The notes below the pieces were generated by a model. It searched no databases and had not been told where the DNA came from. It saw nothing but the letters and a program-made list of their open reading frames with translations. This document shows, piece after piece, positions 17,371 to 27,031 of a stretch of DNA of 32,000 nucleotides. How positions within the stretch are numbered: position 1 is the stretch's first letter; each line of letters starts with the position of its first letter. The stretch spans positions 42,770-74,769 of the forward strand of contig CAWIYV010000004.1 in NCBI GenBank assembly GCA_963840455.1. The letters are read 5' to 3'. The translations under genes and the position numbers were made by a program. This stretch comes from Nitrospirota bacterium (GTDB lineage Bacteria > Nitrospirota > UBA9217).

Positions 17371-20300
17371 CGCTGTTGATACTCCTGAATGGATCGTACC
17401 TGGATCTGTTTCGCCTTGAGGGCCTCGATGCCGCGCACCGCCGCCTTGGCGGCGGACATGGTCGTAAAATACGGGATGCCCTGCGTCAGGGTCGTACGCC
17501 GTATCGAGTAGGAGTCCTTCTGGGACTCCGCTCCGTACACCGTGTTGATCACCAGGTCAACCTGCCGGTCCTTGATGCTGTCGACGATGTGAGGACGGCC
17601 TTCGAACACCTTGTTCACCGTCTCGACGGCGACGCCGCGCTTGGTGAGGTACTCGGCCGTTCCGCGCGTGGCAACCAGCGAGAAGCCGGCCCTCTCGAGG
17701 CCCGAGGCGACCTCATAGGCCGCTGGTTTGTCCTTGTCCTTCACGCTGATGAAGACCCTGCCCGAGGTCGGCATGGGGTTCCCCGCCGCGATCTGGGACT
17801 TGGCGAAGGACATGCCGAAGTCCGTGTCGATGCCCATCACCTCGCCGGTGGATTTCATCTCCGGGCCGAGCAGTGTGTCCACACCCGGGAACTTGGCGAA
17901 GGGAAAGACCGCTTCCTTCACCGCCACATGCTTGATGTTCACGCTCTCCGTGAACCCGATCTCGGCCAGCGTCTTTCCCGCCATGACCCGTGCCGCGAGC
18001 TTCGCAAGCGGCACCCCGATGGCCTTGCTCACGAAGGGCACGGTCCGGGAGGCCCGGGGGTTGACTTCCAGGACGTAGATGAGGCGGTCCTTTACTGCAA
18101 ACTGGATGTTCATGAGCCCGACGACCTTCAGGTCCAGCGCGAGCGCTGTCGTCTGCCGGGCGATCTCCGCGATGATGTCCTTCGGCAGGGAGAAGGGCGG
18201 AAGCGAGCAGGCAGAGTCGCCCGAATGCACCCCGGCCTCCTCGATGTGCTCCATGATGCCGGCGACCACGACGGTTGTGCCGTCCGAGATCGCATCCACG
18301 TCGATCTCCACGGCATCCTCGAGGTAGCGGTCGACCAGCACCGGACGGTCCGGCGAGGCCTTCACCGCCCGGGTCATGTAGTTCCTGATGCTCTCCTCGT
18401 CGTAGACGATCTCCATGGCCCGGCCGCCGAGCACATAGGACGGCCGCACCATGACCGGGTAACCGATGCTGTTCGCGGCGTCCACGGCCTCATCGCACGA
18501 AACCGCCGTGCCGCTCTCGGCCTGGCGCAGGCCCAGCCGGTCCAGGAGCTCCTTGAACCGCTTCCGGTCCTCGGCACGGTCGATGCTGTCAGGCGACGTG
18601 CCCAGGATGCGCACGCCGAGCCGTTCCAGCGGCACCGCGAGCTTGAGCGGTGTCTGGCCGCCGAACTGAACGATGACGCCCATGGGCTTCTCGCGCTTTA
18701 TAATATGGTAAACATCCTCGAGAGTCAAGGGTTCGAAGTACAGGCGGTCCGAGGTATCGTAGTCCGTGCTCACGGTCTCGGGGTTGCAGTTCACCATGAT
18801 GGTCTCGTACCCGTCGTCCTTGAGGGCGAAGGCCGCGTGCACACAGCAATAGTCGAACTCGATGCCCTGGCCGATGCGATTCGGCCCGCCTCCCAGGATG
18901 ATGACCTTCTTCCGGTCCGTAGGCTCCGCCTCGCACTCGGCCGTTCCCTGCCCCTGCTGTTCCTGGCTCCCGGCCCCTGGACCTGGGACCCTGAAGAACG
19001 GCTTCTCATAGGTCGAATACAAATACGGAGTGTGCGCAACGAACTCGGCGGCGCAGGTGTCCACCTTCTTGAACACCGGAATGATGCCCATCTCCGTCCG
19101 GGCCTTGCGGACAGCGTCCTCGGTGGCGGTGATCAGCTTCGCGATCCGCCGATCTGAGAAGCCATACTCCTTGGCCATGCGGAGCGGATGATCGAGCGCG
19201 GGGATGCCGTTCGAGAGTATGCTCGCCCCGTTCTTTTTGATCTCCATTTCCCTATCAGTGATCTGTTTGATCTGGTGCAGGAACCAGGGGTCGATCTTCG
19301 AGAGGTTGAATATCTCGTCCACGGTCATTCCGGCGCGGAACCCGTCGGCAATGTACCAGAGCCGTTCCCAGTTCGGCACACTGATCTTTTGCCGGATGTC
19401 TGCGATCCCGTGCTCGATGTCGCCGTCGCGTTCGCGACGCGATTCGAGGCCGTAACGGTCGATCTCGAGGGAGCGGAGCGCCTTCTGGAGGGACTCCTTG
19501 AAGGTCCTGCCGATGGACATGGCCTCGCCCACGGACTTCATCTGCGTGGTCAGCGTGGCATCGGCCTGGGGGAACTTCTCGAAGGCGAAGCGGGGAAACT
19601 TCGTTACCACGTAGTCGATGGTCGGCTCGAAGGACGCAGGCGTGGCCTTGGTGATGTCGTTCAGGATCTCGTCGAGCGTGTACCCGACGGCGAGCTTGGC
19701 CGCGAACTTGGCGATCGGGAAGCCCGTGGCCTTGGAGGCCAGCGCGGAGCTCCGGGAAACGCGGGGGTTCATCTCGATCACGATCATCCTTCCGTTCTTC
19801 GGATCGACGGCGAACTGGATGTTCGACCCACCCGTATCCACACCGATCTCCCGGATGATCTTCAGCGACGCGTCGCGCATGATCTGGTACTCTTTGTCGG
19901 TCAGCGTCTGGGCCGGCGCCACGGTTATGCTGTCTCCGGTATGGATGCCCATGGGGTCGAGGTTCTCGATGGAGCAGACGATCACCACGTTGTCCTTGGC
20001 GTCGCGCATCACCTCGAGCTCGTACTCCTTCCAGCCGACCACGGATTCCTCGACCAGCACCTGGCGGACCGGGCTCGCGTCCAGTCCGCGGTTGATCAGT
20101 TCGGTGAACTCTTCCCGATTATAGGCGATGCCGCCTCCCGTGCCGCCGAGGGTGAAGGCAGGCCGGAGGATGGTCGGGAAGCCGACCTGTTCGAGGATCT
20201 CATAGGCCGTCTCCATGCTTGTGGCGAAACCGCTCTTGGGCACCAAAAGTCCGATGGCCTCCATGGCCGTCTTGAAGAGCTCGCGGTCCTCGGCCTTCTT

Positions 20301-20669
20301 GATGGCAGGGAGCTTGGCGCCGATGAGCTCGACCTTGTATTTCTCCAGCACGCCGGTCTCGGCAAGCGCGACCGCAGTGTTCAGTGCGGTCTGGCCGCCC
20401 ATGGTCGGCAGCAATGCGTCGGGCCGCTCGCGTTCGATGATCTTCTCGACGACGGCGGGAGTGATGGGCTCGATATACGTGCGGTGCGCCATCTCCGGAT
20501 CTGTCATGATCGTGGCCGGGTTCGAGTTTACCAGGACGATCTCGTAGCCCTCTTCCTTCAGCGCCTTGCAGGCCTGCACGCCTGAATAGTCGAACTCGCA
20601 GGCCTGGCCGATCACGATCGGCCCTGCGCCGATGATCAGGATCTTTTTGATGTCGGTTCGTTTCGGCAT
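17367..20669 (-). CDS. carB: Carbamoyl-phosphate synthase large subunit
   Basis: [30 protein letters not shown]..., a second half [20 protein letters not shown], and an MGS-like C-terminal domain. The protein is 1100 aa and collinear with CarB throughout. Confidence 0.97.
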   Translation of the reverse strand: MPKRTDIKKILIIGAGPIVIGQACEFDYSGVQACKALKEEGYEIVLVNSNPATIMTDPEMAHRTYIEPITPAVVEKIIERERPDALLPTMGGQTALNTAVALAETGVLEKYKVELIGAKLPAIKKAEDRELFKTAMEAIGLLVPKSGFATSMETAYEILEQVGFPTILRPAFTLGGTGGGIAYNREEFTELINRGLDASPVRQVLVEESVVGWKEYELEVMRDAKDNVVIVCSIENLDPMGIHTGDSITVAPAQTLTDKEYQIMRDASLKIIREIGVDTGGSNIQFAVDPKNGRMIVIEMNPRVSRSSALASKATGFPIAKFAAKLAVGYTLDEILNDITKATPASFEPTIDYVVTKFPRFAFEKFPQADATLTTQMKSVGEAMSIGRTFKESLQKALRSLEIDRYGLESRRERDGDIEHGIADIRQKISVPNWERLWYIADGFRAGMTVDEIFNLSKIDPWFLHQIKQITDREMEIKKNGASILSNGIPALDHPLRMAKEYGFSDRRIAKLITATEDAVRKARTEMGIIPVFKKVDTCAAEFVAHTPYLYSTYEKPFFRVPGPGAGSQEQQGQGTAECEAEPTDRKKVIILGGGPNRIGQGIEFDYCCVHAAFALKDDGYETIMVNCNPETVSTDYDTSDRLYFEPLTLEDVYHIIKREKPMGVIVQFGGQTPLKLAVPLERLGVRILGTSPDSIDRAEDRKRFKELLDRLGLRQAESGTAVSCDEAVDAANSIGYPVMVRPSYVLGGRAMEIVYDEESIRNYMTRAVKASPDRPVLVDRYLEDAVEIDVDAISDGTTVVVAGIMEHIEEAGVHSGDSACSLPPFSLPKDIIAEIARQTTALALDLKVVGLMNIQFAVKDRLIYVLEVNPRASRTVPFVSKAIGVPLAKLAARVMAGKTLAEIGFTESVNIKHVAVKEAVFPFAKFPGVDTLLGPEMKSTGEVMGIDTDFGMSFAKSQIAAGNPMPTSGRVFISVKDKDKPAAYEVASGLERAGFSLVATRGTAEYLTKRGVAVETVNKVFEGRPHIVDSIKDRQVDLVINTVYGAESQKDSYSIRRTTLTQGIPYFTTMSAAKAAVRGIEALKAKQIQVRSIQEYQQR

Positions 20670-20707
20670 TCACATACCTCACAAAAAAAATTCTAAACCT
20701 TTTTTAA

Positions 20708-20790
20708 CGCAGAGGACGCCGAGTACGCGGAGAAGTGCCATGCCAATTCAAGGCTGTTCTTACCTCTGCGACCTCCGCGATCTCTGCGGT
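20708..20790. repeat. 9-nt-periodic inverted-repeat element (canonical copy R2)
   Basis: Left arm CGCAGAGGA CGCCGAGTA CGCGGAGAA (20708-20734). Right arm CTCTGCGAC CTCCGCGAT CTCTGCGGT (20764-20790), followed by GAAA. It lies between the radical SAM stop and the carB start. Confidence 0.8.
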
Positions 20791-20799
20791 GAAATTTAA

Positions 20800-21705
20800 T
20801 CACTCGAAGTTCTGCACCCAGCCGTTCTTCAATCCATACTTCATCTTGATGTCGTAGGCCTCGTCGTATTCTTGTTCACTGATCCGGCGGTTGATCTCGG
20901 GATGTTCCGCGGACTTGAACGCCGGAAAGTACTGCGACATGAGGCTGATGTACACATCTGCGGAGATCTCCGTTGCCAGGAATTTCATCACGGCTTCGGT
21001 CCCTGCCACACCATGGGGAAGCACCAGGTGCCTGACCAGGAGTCCGCGCTGCGCGATCCCGTGCTCATCCATGACCAGATTCCCTACCTGCCGGTACATC
21101 TCCTTGACCGCTGCCCGGTTCACCTCGACATAGTGCGGGGCCACGGAGTATCGCACGGCGGCCGCATTATCAGAGTACCGCATGTCCGGCATGTAGATAT
21201 CCACGATGCCGTCGAGCAGCTTGAGCATCTCCACGGAATCGTATCCGCTCGTGTTGTACACGATGGGCAGGTCGAAGCCCCGCTCCCGCGCGATGCCCAC
21301 CGCCTTCAGGATCTGGGGGACATAGTGCGTCGGGGTCACAAGGTTCAGGTTGTGGCAGCCCTGCTCCTGCATCCAGAGCATCTGGCAGGCCAGTTCCCCC
21401 GGCGTCCGCTCGGTGCCGTGTCCCATCTGGCTGATGGGATAGTTCTGGCAGTAGATGCAGCGGAGATTGCAGTTCGTGAAAAAGATCGTGCCCGAGCCTT
21501 TGATGCCCGAGAGCGGCGGTTCCTCGCCGTGGTGCGGGCTGACGCTCGCGATGGCCGGGTTGAGCCCCGAGCGGCAGAAGCCCAGCCTGCTGTCCTCGAG
21601 CCGGTTCACCCCGCACTCCCGGGGGCAGACAGTGCATTCCTCGAGATGACGGTACGCCGCCTCGATCCGAAGTTCCAGTTCTTCTTTTGAGATAACAACT
21701 GCCAC
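20800..21705 (-). CDS. Radical SAM protein, PflX-like (COG1313, PFL-activase homologue of unknown function)
   Basis: CTVCPRECGVNR N-terminal Cys motif. CNLRCIYCQN radical SAM CX3CX2C motif. The listed ORF start at 21756 is a TTG inside a repeat element. The GTG at 21705, preceded by GAAGAAGG, is preferred, but the start remains uncertain. Confidence 0.85.
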   Translation of the reverse strand: MAVVISKEELELRIEAAYRHLEECTVCPRECGVNRLEDSRLGFCRSGLNPAIASVSPHHGEEPPLSGIKGSGTIFFTNCNLRCIYCQNYPISQMGHGTERTPGELACQMLWMQEQGCHNLNLVTPTHYVPQILKAVGIARERGFDLPIVYNTSGYDSVEMLKLLDGIVDIYMPDMRYSDNAAAVRYSVAPHYVEVNRAAVKEMYRQVGNLVMDEHGIAQRGLLVRHLVLPHGVAGTEAVMKFLATEISADVYISLMSQYFPAFKSAEHPEINRRISEQEYDEAYDIKMKYGLKNGWVQNFE

Positions 21706-21723
21706 GGCCGAGCCTTCTTCAGC

Positions 21724-21798
21724 CACCGAGGTCACCGGGGTCACCGAGAAATTCAACGCGAGTGATTTTCTCTGTGTCCTCTGAGCGCTCTCTGCGGC
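21724..21798. repeat. Periodic inverted-repeat element (R3), left arm overlapping the longest radical SAM ORF
   Basis: Left arm CACCGAGGT CACCGGGGT CACCGAGAA (21724-21750). Right arm CTCTGTGTC CTCTGAGCG (ct) CTCTGCGGC (21770-21798). The spacer is 19 nt. Confidence 0.6.
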
Positions 21799-21807
21799 AA
21801 GGAGAAT

Positions 21808-22926
21808 TTATTTATGTTTTTCCATCATGTCCACAAAACGCTGGAACAGGTACCTGCTGTCGTGCGGTCCCGGCGACGACTCGGGGTGGTACTGGACGGA
21901 GAAGGCCGGCAGGGTCTTGTGCTGGATGCCCTCGCACGTCCTGTCGTTCAGGTTCATGTGGGTCATCTCCACGTGTTCCTTCACCGACTCCATGTCCACG
22001 GCGAAGCCATGGTTCTCGGCTGCGATCTCGACCTTGCGCGTCGTCAGGTCCATGATCGGCTGATTCCCGCCGCGGTGGCCGAACTTGAGCTTGTAGGTCC
22101 TCCCGCCGAGCGCCAGGCCCAGGAGCTGCTGGCCCAGGCAGATGCCGAAGATCGGTTTCTTGCCGAGGATCTTCTTGATGTTCTCGATGGCATAGGTCAC
22201 CGGCTCAGGATCTCCCGGACCATTCGAGAGAAACACCCCGTCTGGCTGCATGGCGAGCACCTCTTCCGCCGGCATGGTGGCAGGCACTACGGTGACATCG
22301 CAGCCCGCGCTCGTGAGCAGCCGCAGGATGTTCCGCTTGATGCCATAGTCGTAGGCCACGACCTTGTACCGCGACAGGGACTTCTTTCCGTAGCCGGTCT
22401 CGAGATCCCAGATGCCTTCGTCCCAGGCGTAAGGTTTTTTGCATGTAACGTCCTTTGCAAGGTCGAGTCCGTTCATCTTCGGCAGTTTCTTTGCTTTGGC
22501 GAATAAGCTCCCCGGGTCCAGGTCCTTCGTCGAGATGATCCCTGGCTGGGCGCCCACGTCGCGGATATGGCGCGTCAGTGCCCGCGTGTCGATGCCCTGG
22601 ATTCCTGCGATCTGATGCGCCTTCAGATAGGCGTCGAGCGATCGCTTCATCCGCCAGTTGCTCGGGAAGTCCAGGTACTCCTTCACGATGAACCCTTCCA
22701 CCTGTGGTTTCCCGGACTCCACGTCCTCGTCGTTCGTGCCATAGTTCCCGATCTGGGGATAGGTCATGGTGACGATCTGGCCCTTGTACGACGGGTCCGT
22801 CAGGATCTCCTGGTATCCCGTCATGCTGGTGTTGAAGACCACCTCGCCCGTGGCCTCGCCTTCCGCCCCGAAGGAGGAGCCTTCGAACACCATGCCGTCT
22901 GCCAATGCAAGGATCGCTTTTTTCAT
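21808..22926 (-). CDS. carA: Carbamoyl-phosphate synthase small (glutaminase) subunit
   Basis: [40 protein letters not shown]. Class I amidotransferase motifs [12 protein letters not shown] and QYHPES. 372 aa. Confidence 0.95.
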   Translation of the reverse strand: MKKAILALADGMVFEGSSFGAEGEATGEVVFNTSMTGYQEILTDPSYKGQIVTMTYPQIGNYGTNDEDVESGKPQVEGFIVKEYLDFPSNWRMKRSLDAYLKAHQIAGIQGIDTRALTRHIRDVGAQPGIISTKDLDPGSLFAKAKKLPKMNGLDLAKDVTCKKPYAWDEGIWDLETGYGKKSLSRYKVVAYDYGIKRNILRLLTSAGCDVTVVPATMPAEEVLAMQPDGVFLSNGPGDPEPVTYAIENIKKILGKKPIFGICLGQQLLGLALGGRTYKLKFGHRGGNQPIMDLTTRKVEIAAENHGFAVDMESVKEHVEMTHMNLNDRTCEGIQHKTLPAFSVQYHPESSPGPHDSRYLFQRFVDMMEKHK

Positions 22927-22944
22927 ATTCCACCTTCCCGCCTA

Positions 22945-23003
22945 CCCCCCTGTCATCCCCCTTGGCAAGGGGGGAACGAGGGGGGTGCAATCCGCAATCA
23001 TTT
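22945..23003. repeat. Nested C-run/G-run hairpin followed by a short ATCCGCA heptad stub, upstream of carA
   Basis: Sequence: CCCCCC tgtcat CCCCCTT ggc AAGGGGG g aacga GGGGGG (22945-22985). It is followed by GTGCA ATCCGCA ATCATTT (22986-23003). Confidence 0.6.
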
Positions 23004-23025
23004 TATATTGATAAACTTATTTTAC

Positions 23026-23109
23026 CGCTGAGCTCGCGGAGAACGCAGAGTTAATTCGTTATCTTGAATCAAGAATATATTTCTCAGCGCCCTCTGCGTC
23101 CTCTGCGGT
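23026..23109. repeat. 9-nt-periodic inverted-repeat element (canonical copy R4)
   Basis: Left arm CGCTGAGCT CGCGGAGAA CGCAGAGTT (23026-23052). Right arm CTCAGCGCC CTCTGCGTC CTCTGCGGT (23083-23109), followed by GAAA. The spacer contains the palindrome CTTGAATCAAG. Confidence 0.8.
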
Positions 23110-23116
23110 GAAAGAA

Positions 23117-24013
23117 CTAGAATCTGTCTCGTATCTTGCCGTTCACATCCACTACTTCTCCGCTCACCTTTTCGCCGTCAACTGTCACATATACATAATG
23201 ATGGAATCCGCCGTCCTCGTCCTTCGCGTACAGCGGCGCTCCCCCGCCTCCGGCGATGATGTGGGGGATCCCGTCCACTGTTTTCCTGAGATACAGGTGC
23301 TCATGCCCCGCGAATACGGCCGTGACCTGGTGTTTCACAAAGAGCGCCTGCAGCCGGTCCCGGTCCTCTTTGTACCGGTCGAGGCTGTTCCCGTGATGCT
23401 TCCCTTTTCCCTTCTCGGGATAGAGCGGGTGATGGACAAAGACGAATGTATGCTTCTGCTTCGATGCGGCCAGGACCTGCTCCAGCCATTTGAACTGTTC
23501 GCCGGTGATCCGTTTATCCTCTCCCTTGATATAGGAATCGAGCACAACGAACAGCGAGTTCCCCCCGACGAAAGAGTAGTAGAGCTCGTTCCCGGGCAGG
23601 TCCACCTGCGCCTTGTAGATATCCTCGCTCCCCGCGACCTCCCCATGGATGTCATGGTTCCCCACCGTCAGGAAATAGGGAACAGCCACGCTCTTCGACA
23701 ACTCCCAGAACCGCTTCCAGTGTTCGATATTGCCCGGCTTGTCGATCTGGTCGCCGGTATTTACGATGAAGGCCGGCTTTCGTTCAAGCGCCGCAGCAAG
23801 CACCTTTTGATAGACCGCATCGCATGCCGGGTCGCCCGCGCGGTTGTCACCGAACACGACAAAGGAGAACTTCGAAGAAAGCTTCTCATGCGAGGCGAGC
23901 TTCTGCTGAAGCAGCTGATCCTGTGCCGCAATGCCATTCGTGATCGTTGCAAAAAAGATCAGAAGCGGTAGTAACGGTTTTATAATCCGCAATCCACGAT
24001 CCGAAATCCGCAA
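23117..24013 (-). CDS. Secreted calcineurin-like metallophosphoesterase
   Basis: Motifs FGDNRAGD, NTGDQIDKPG, VGNHD, VHHPLYP and AGHEHLY. N-terminal signal peptide ...IIKPLLPLLIFFATITNGIAAQ. The listed start is a TTG at 24013. A second TTG at 23992 is equally plausible, and both lie inside the heptad array. Confidence 0.85.
   Translation of the reverse strand: MRISDRGLRIIKPLLPLLIFFATITNGIAAQDQLLQQKLASHEKLSSKFSFVVFGDNRAGDPACDAVYQKVLAAALERKPAFIVNTGDQIDKPGNIEHWKRFWELSKSVAVPYFLTVGNHDIHGEVAGSEDIYKAQVDLPGNELYYSFVGGNSLFVVLDSYIKGEDKRITGEQFKWLEQVLAASKQKHTFVFVHHPLYPEKGKGKHHGNSLDRYKEDRDRLQALFVKHQVTAVFAGHEHLYLRKTVDGIPHIIAGGGGAPLYAKDEDGGFHHYVYVTVDGEKVSGEVVDVNGKIRDRF
23985..24012. repeat. Heptad tandem array ATCCGCA ATCCACG ATCCGAA ATCCGCA abutting the pyrC stop codon
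   Basis: Four exact-phase 7-nt units end 1 nt before the pyrC stop codon (24014-24016). Confidence 0.7.
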
Positions 24014-25279
24014 TTAGATTCTTCCTTCCACAATCGTCCGCACGGCCTTCCCCTTCAATTTCCAGCCGTCGAACGGCGTGTTCTTCGACTTCGACAGGAA
24101 CTGCGAAGCATTCACGGTCCAGTCCAGGTCCGGGTCGATGATGGTGATGTCCGCTTCGGCTCCGACCGACAACATCCCGCCGCCGCTCTTGATGATCCGT
24201 GCAGGCGTCGTGCTCATACGGGTTATGAGGTCTGCCATCGAAAGGATGCCCTCCTGCACCAGTTTGAACGACAACCCGACGCTTGTCTCGAGCCCCACGA
24301 TACCGAAGGGCGCGGCGTCGAACTCCACCGACTTCTCGTCCAGGGCGTGGGGCGCGTGGTCCGTGGCGATCACGTCGAGCGTTCCGTCCTTGAGACCCTG
24401 CCTGATCGCCGCCACGTCATCGGCGGTCCGGAGCGGCGGGTTCATCTTTGCCATGGTATGGTACCCTCTCACTGCCTCGTCGGTGAGCGTAAAATAGTGC
24501 GGGCATGTCTCTGCGGTCACCTTGACGCCGCGCTGCTTTGCCTCGCGGATCATCCGGACGGAGCCTGCTGTGCTCACATGGCAGATATGGAGCCTCGCGC
24601 CGGTCAGTTCGGCAAGCTCGATGTCCCGGGCCGTCATCACGTCCTCGGCCGCGTTCGGAATGCCCCGGAGGCCGAGCTCCGTGGACACGAACCCTTCGTT
24701 CATAACGCCCTGTGCCGCGAGGCTTGCGTCCTCACAGTGCGAAATGACCGCGATGTCGAATATCGTAGAATATTCCATGGCTCGGCGCATGACCGCTGCC
24801 CTCATGACCGGTTTGCCGTCGTCGGAGATGCCTTTGCAGCCAGCCTCGTGCAGCTCGCCCATTTCGGCGAGTTCCTCGCCCTTTGAGCCTTTGGTGATGG
24901 CCCCGATGGGAAAGACCCGCGCCAAGGCCTTACTCGCCGCCTGGGAGAGGATGAACTCCGTCACCGACCGGGAATCGTTCACCGGGTTCGTGTTCGGCAT
25001 GCAGCAGACCGCCGTGAACCCGCCCGCCTTTGCCGCGGCAGTTCCGGTGGCAATGGTCTCCTTGTATTCGTATCCCGGCTCGCGAAGGTGGACGTGCATG
25101 TCGATCAAGCCCGGGACCACGAACTTGCCGCTCGCATCGATGATCTCTGCACCATTCGCTGGGAGTGAGCCCGGTTTGCCGAGCTTCGCGATCTTCCCGT
25201 CAGCGATGAGGAGATCGAGCTTCCCCTCCACCTTGTTCACGGGATCGATGATGTTGCCGTTCTTGATCAGTATATTCAT
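24014..25279 (-). CDS. pyrC: Dihydroorotase
   Basis: [13 protein letters not shown]..., [10 protein letters not shown] metal-binding motif, [20 protein letters not shown]. The ATG at 25279 (AAGGTG upstream) is preferred over the listed 25306. Confidence 0.93.
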   Translation of the reverse strand: MNILIKNGNIIDPVNKVEGKLDLLIADGKIAKLGKPGSLPANGAEIIDASGKFVVPGLIDMHVHLREPGYEYKETIATGTAAAKAGGFTAVCCMPNTNPVNDSRSVTEFILSQAASKALARVFPIGAITKGSKGEELAEMGELHEAGCKGISDDGKPVMRAAVMRRAMEYSTIFDIAVISHCEDASLAAQGVMNEGFVSTELGLRGIPNAAEDVMTARDIELAELTGARLHICHVSTAGSVRMIREAKQRGVKVTAETCPHYFTLTDEAVRGYHTMAKMNPPLRTADDVAAIRQGLKDGTLDVIATDHAPHALDEKSVEFDAAPFGIVGLETSVGLSFKLVQEGILSMADLITRMSTTPARIIKSGGGMLSVGAEADITIIDPDLDWTVNASQFLSKSKNTPFDGWKLKGKAVRTIVEGRI

Positions 25280-25296
25280 AAACACACCTTTTTCAC

Positions 25297-25379
25297 CGCA
25301 GAGCACGCAGAGGTCGCAGAGTTTGGACCGTTAAGATCGGACCTTTCTCTTTCTCAGCGTTCTCAGCGATCTCCGCGGT
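25297..25379. repeat. 9-nt-periodic inverted-repeat element (canonical copy R5)
   Basis: Left arm CGCAGAGCA CGCAGAGGT CGCAGAGTT (25297-25323), preceded by TTTCAC. Right arm CTCAGCGTT CTCAGCGAT CTCCGCGGT (25353-25379), followed by AAAT. It lies between the pyrB stop and the pyrC start. Confidence 0.8.
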
Positions 25380-25385
25380 AAATAA

Positions 25386-26315
25386 TTAGTTTTCTGCTTT
25401 TGTCCCGCCCGACAGCAGGAACATCACCGCCATGCGGACCGCAACGCCGTTCGTCACCTGGTCGAGGATGACCGAATGATGGTCCGCCACGTCGGAAGCG
25501 ATCTCCACGCCGCGGTTCATGGGACCGGGATGCATCACGATAGCGTTCTGTGCCGCCTGCTCAAGCCGCGCCCGGTTGAGGCCGAACAGCCGCGCGTATT
25601 CCCGCACGCCGGGAAAGAGCCCCGCGGCCTGGCGCTCGAGCTGGAGCCTGAGCGTCATGATGACGTCGGCGCCCCTGACCGCTTCGTCCATGTCGTAGAA
25701 GACCGGGACCCCCAGCTTCTCGATGCCCCTTGGAAGCATGGTCGGCGGGCCGCATACGCGGACCTTCGCGCCCATGGTCGTGAGCCCGTAGATGTTCGAA
25801 CGGGCGACGCGGCTGTGCAGGATGTCTCCCACAATGGCCACGGTGACCCCCTCGAGCCTGCCGTGCTTCTCGCGTATGGTGAACATGTCGAGGAGGGCCT
25901 GGGTCGGATGCTCGTGGAACCCGTCGCCGGCGTTGATCACCGAGCTCTTAAGCCGCTGCGCAAGGTACTCGGGCGCACCCGAGCAGGAATGGCGCACGAT
26001 GATCATGTCGCTCTTCATGGCCTCGATGTTCCGCGCGGTGTCGAGGAGCGTCTCGCCTTTCACCACGCTGGAGGTCGAGGTCGAGATGTTGATCACATCT
26101 GCCGAGAGCCGCTTGCCGGCCAGCTCGAAGGACGTCCGGGTCCTCGTGCTCGCCTCGTAGAAGAGGTTGATGACCGTCTTGCCGCGGAGCGCGGGCACCT
26201 TCTTGATGTCCCGCTCCGATACGTCCTTGAACGTGGCGGCGGTGTCGAGGATGAGCTTGATCTCCTCCGCGGCCATGCCTTTGATCCCGAGCAGGTCCTT
26301 TGAGCTGAGCGCCAT
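25386..26315 (-). CDS. pyrB: Aspartate carbamoyltransferase catalytic subunit
   Basis: [20 protein letters not shown]-containing segment, [21 protein letters not shown]. 309 aa. Confidence 0.95.
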   Translation of the reverse strand: MALSSKDLLGIKGMAAEEIKLILDTAATFKDVSERDIKKVPALRGKTVINLFYEASTRTRTSFELAGKRLSADVINISTSTSSVVKGETLLDTARNIEAMKSDMIIVRHSCSGAPEYLAQRLKSSVINAGDGFHEHPTQALLDMFTIREKHGRLEGVTVAIVGDILHSRVARSNIYGLTTMGAKVRVCGPPTMLPRGIEKLGVPVFYDMDEAVRGADVIMTLRLQLERQAAGLFPGVREYARLFGLNRARLEQAAQNAIVMHPGPMNRGVEIASDVADHHSVILDQVTNGVAVRMAVMFLLSGGTKAEN

Positions 26316-26345
26316 GGCTTTCCTCTCACATCAACGGCAGTCTGC

Positions 26346-26427
26346 CACAGAGGACACCGAGCACATCATAGGCTGAAGAAAGCCATAAGATCCGATGTCG
26401 TTCGGCGACCTCGATGCTCTCTGTGGC
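26346..26427. repeat. Periodic inverted-repeat element, diverged copy (R6)
   Basis: Left arm CACAGAGGA CACCGAGCA CATCATAGG (26346-26372). Right arm TTCGGCGAC CTCGATGCT CTCTGTGGC (26401-26427). The 9-nt phase is retained. It lies between the pyrR stop and the pyrB start. Confidence 0.6.
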
Positions 26428-26467
26428 GAATTGCTTCGTTCTTTCCTTCCGCATTCCGAACCCGATG

Positions 26468-27013
26468 CTATTCTTCGAAAATGACGACCTTCTCCTCCAC
26501 CCCGTCCTCGGCGAGCGTGACCTCGACCTTTTCCCTGGACGAGGTGGGAAGGTTCTTGCCGACAAAGTCGGCCCGGATCGGAAGCTCGCGGTGGCCGCGG
26601 TCAACCAGCACCGCCAGCTGGATGCGCTGCGGCCTGCCATAGTCCATGATGCTGTTCAGAGCAGCCCGGATGGTCCTGCCCGTGAAGACCACGTCATCCA
26701 CGAGGACGATGGACCGGTCCTTGATATCAAAGGTGATGTCCGTAGCCTGGGGCACGGGCTGGGATTTCCGGGTGTTCAGGTCGTCCCGGTACATGGTAAT
26801 GTCCAGGCTGCCGACCGGCACCTCGACGCCTTCGATGGCCTTGATCTTATCTGCCAGCCGCTTCGCCAAATGCACACCGCCGCGCTGGATGCCGATGAGG
26901 CCGAGGTGCTTTGCGCCTTTATTCTTCTCCAGGATCTCATGCGCCACCCGGGTGAGCGCCCGGTCAATGGCCGGACGGTCCAGGATCAGGGCTTTCTCTT
27001 TTGTTGTGCTCAC
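26468..27013 (-). CDS. pyrR: Bifunctional pyrimidine operon regulator / uracil phosphoribosyltransferase PyrR
   Basis: [10 protein letters not shown]...[33 protein letters not shown]-binding motif, [20 protein letters not shown]. The GTG at 27013 is preceded by AGGAG (27020-27024) with a 6-nt spacer. The listed TTG start at 27037 would lie inside the leader terminator. Confidence 0.9.
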   Translation of the reverse strand: MSTTKEKALILDRPAIDRALTRVAHEILEKNKGAKHLGLIGIQRGGVHLAKRLADKIKAIEGVEVPVGSLDITMYRDDLNTRKSQPVPQATDITFDIKDRSIVLVDDVVFTGRTIRAALNSIMDYGRPQRIQLAVLVDRGHRELPIRADFVGKNLPTSSREKVEVTLAEDGVEEKVVIFEE

Positions 27014-27031
27014 CGTATTCTCCTTGAAAGG

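Noticed and set aside
17376-20585. Long plus-strand ORFs (593 aa at 17376..19157 and 465 aa at 19188..20585) antisense to carB
   Set aside because: The opposite strand encodes a full-length, motif-perfect CarB. The antisense translations are R/D/H/G/L-rich low-complexity strings, typical of mirror ORFs in GC-rich DNA. The same reasoning applies to antisense ORFs over kup (9354..10304, 10491..11330), the kinase (13301..14230), pyrD (14564..15382), carA, pyrC, pyrB, pyrK and the GGDEF gene.
26380-26440. Second PyrR attenuator between pyrR and pyrB (the transcript contains GCCACAGAGAGC, reminiscent of CCAGAGAGG)
   Set aside because: The motif is part of the 9-nt periodic repeat arm. No U-tract terminator follows the hairpin. 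The resemblance probably reflects the repeat consensus (CNCAGAG).
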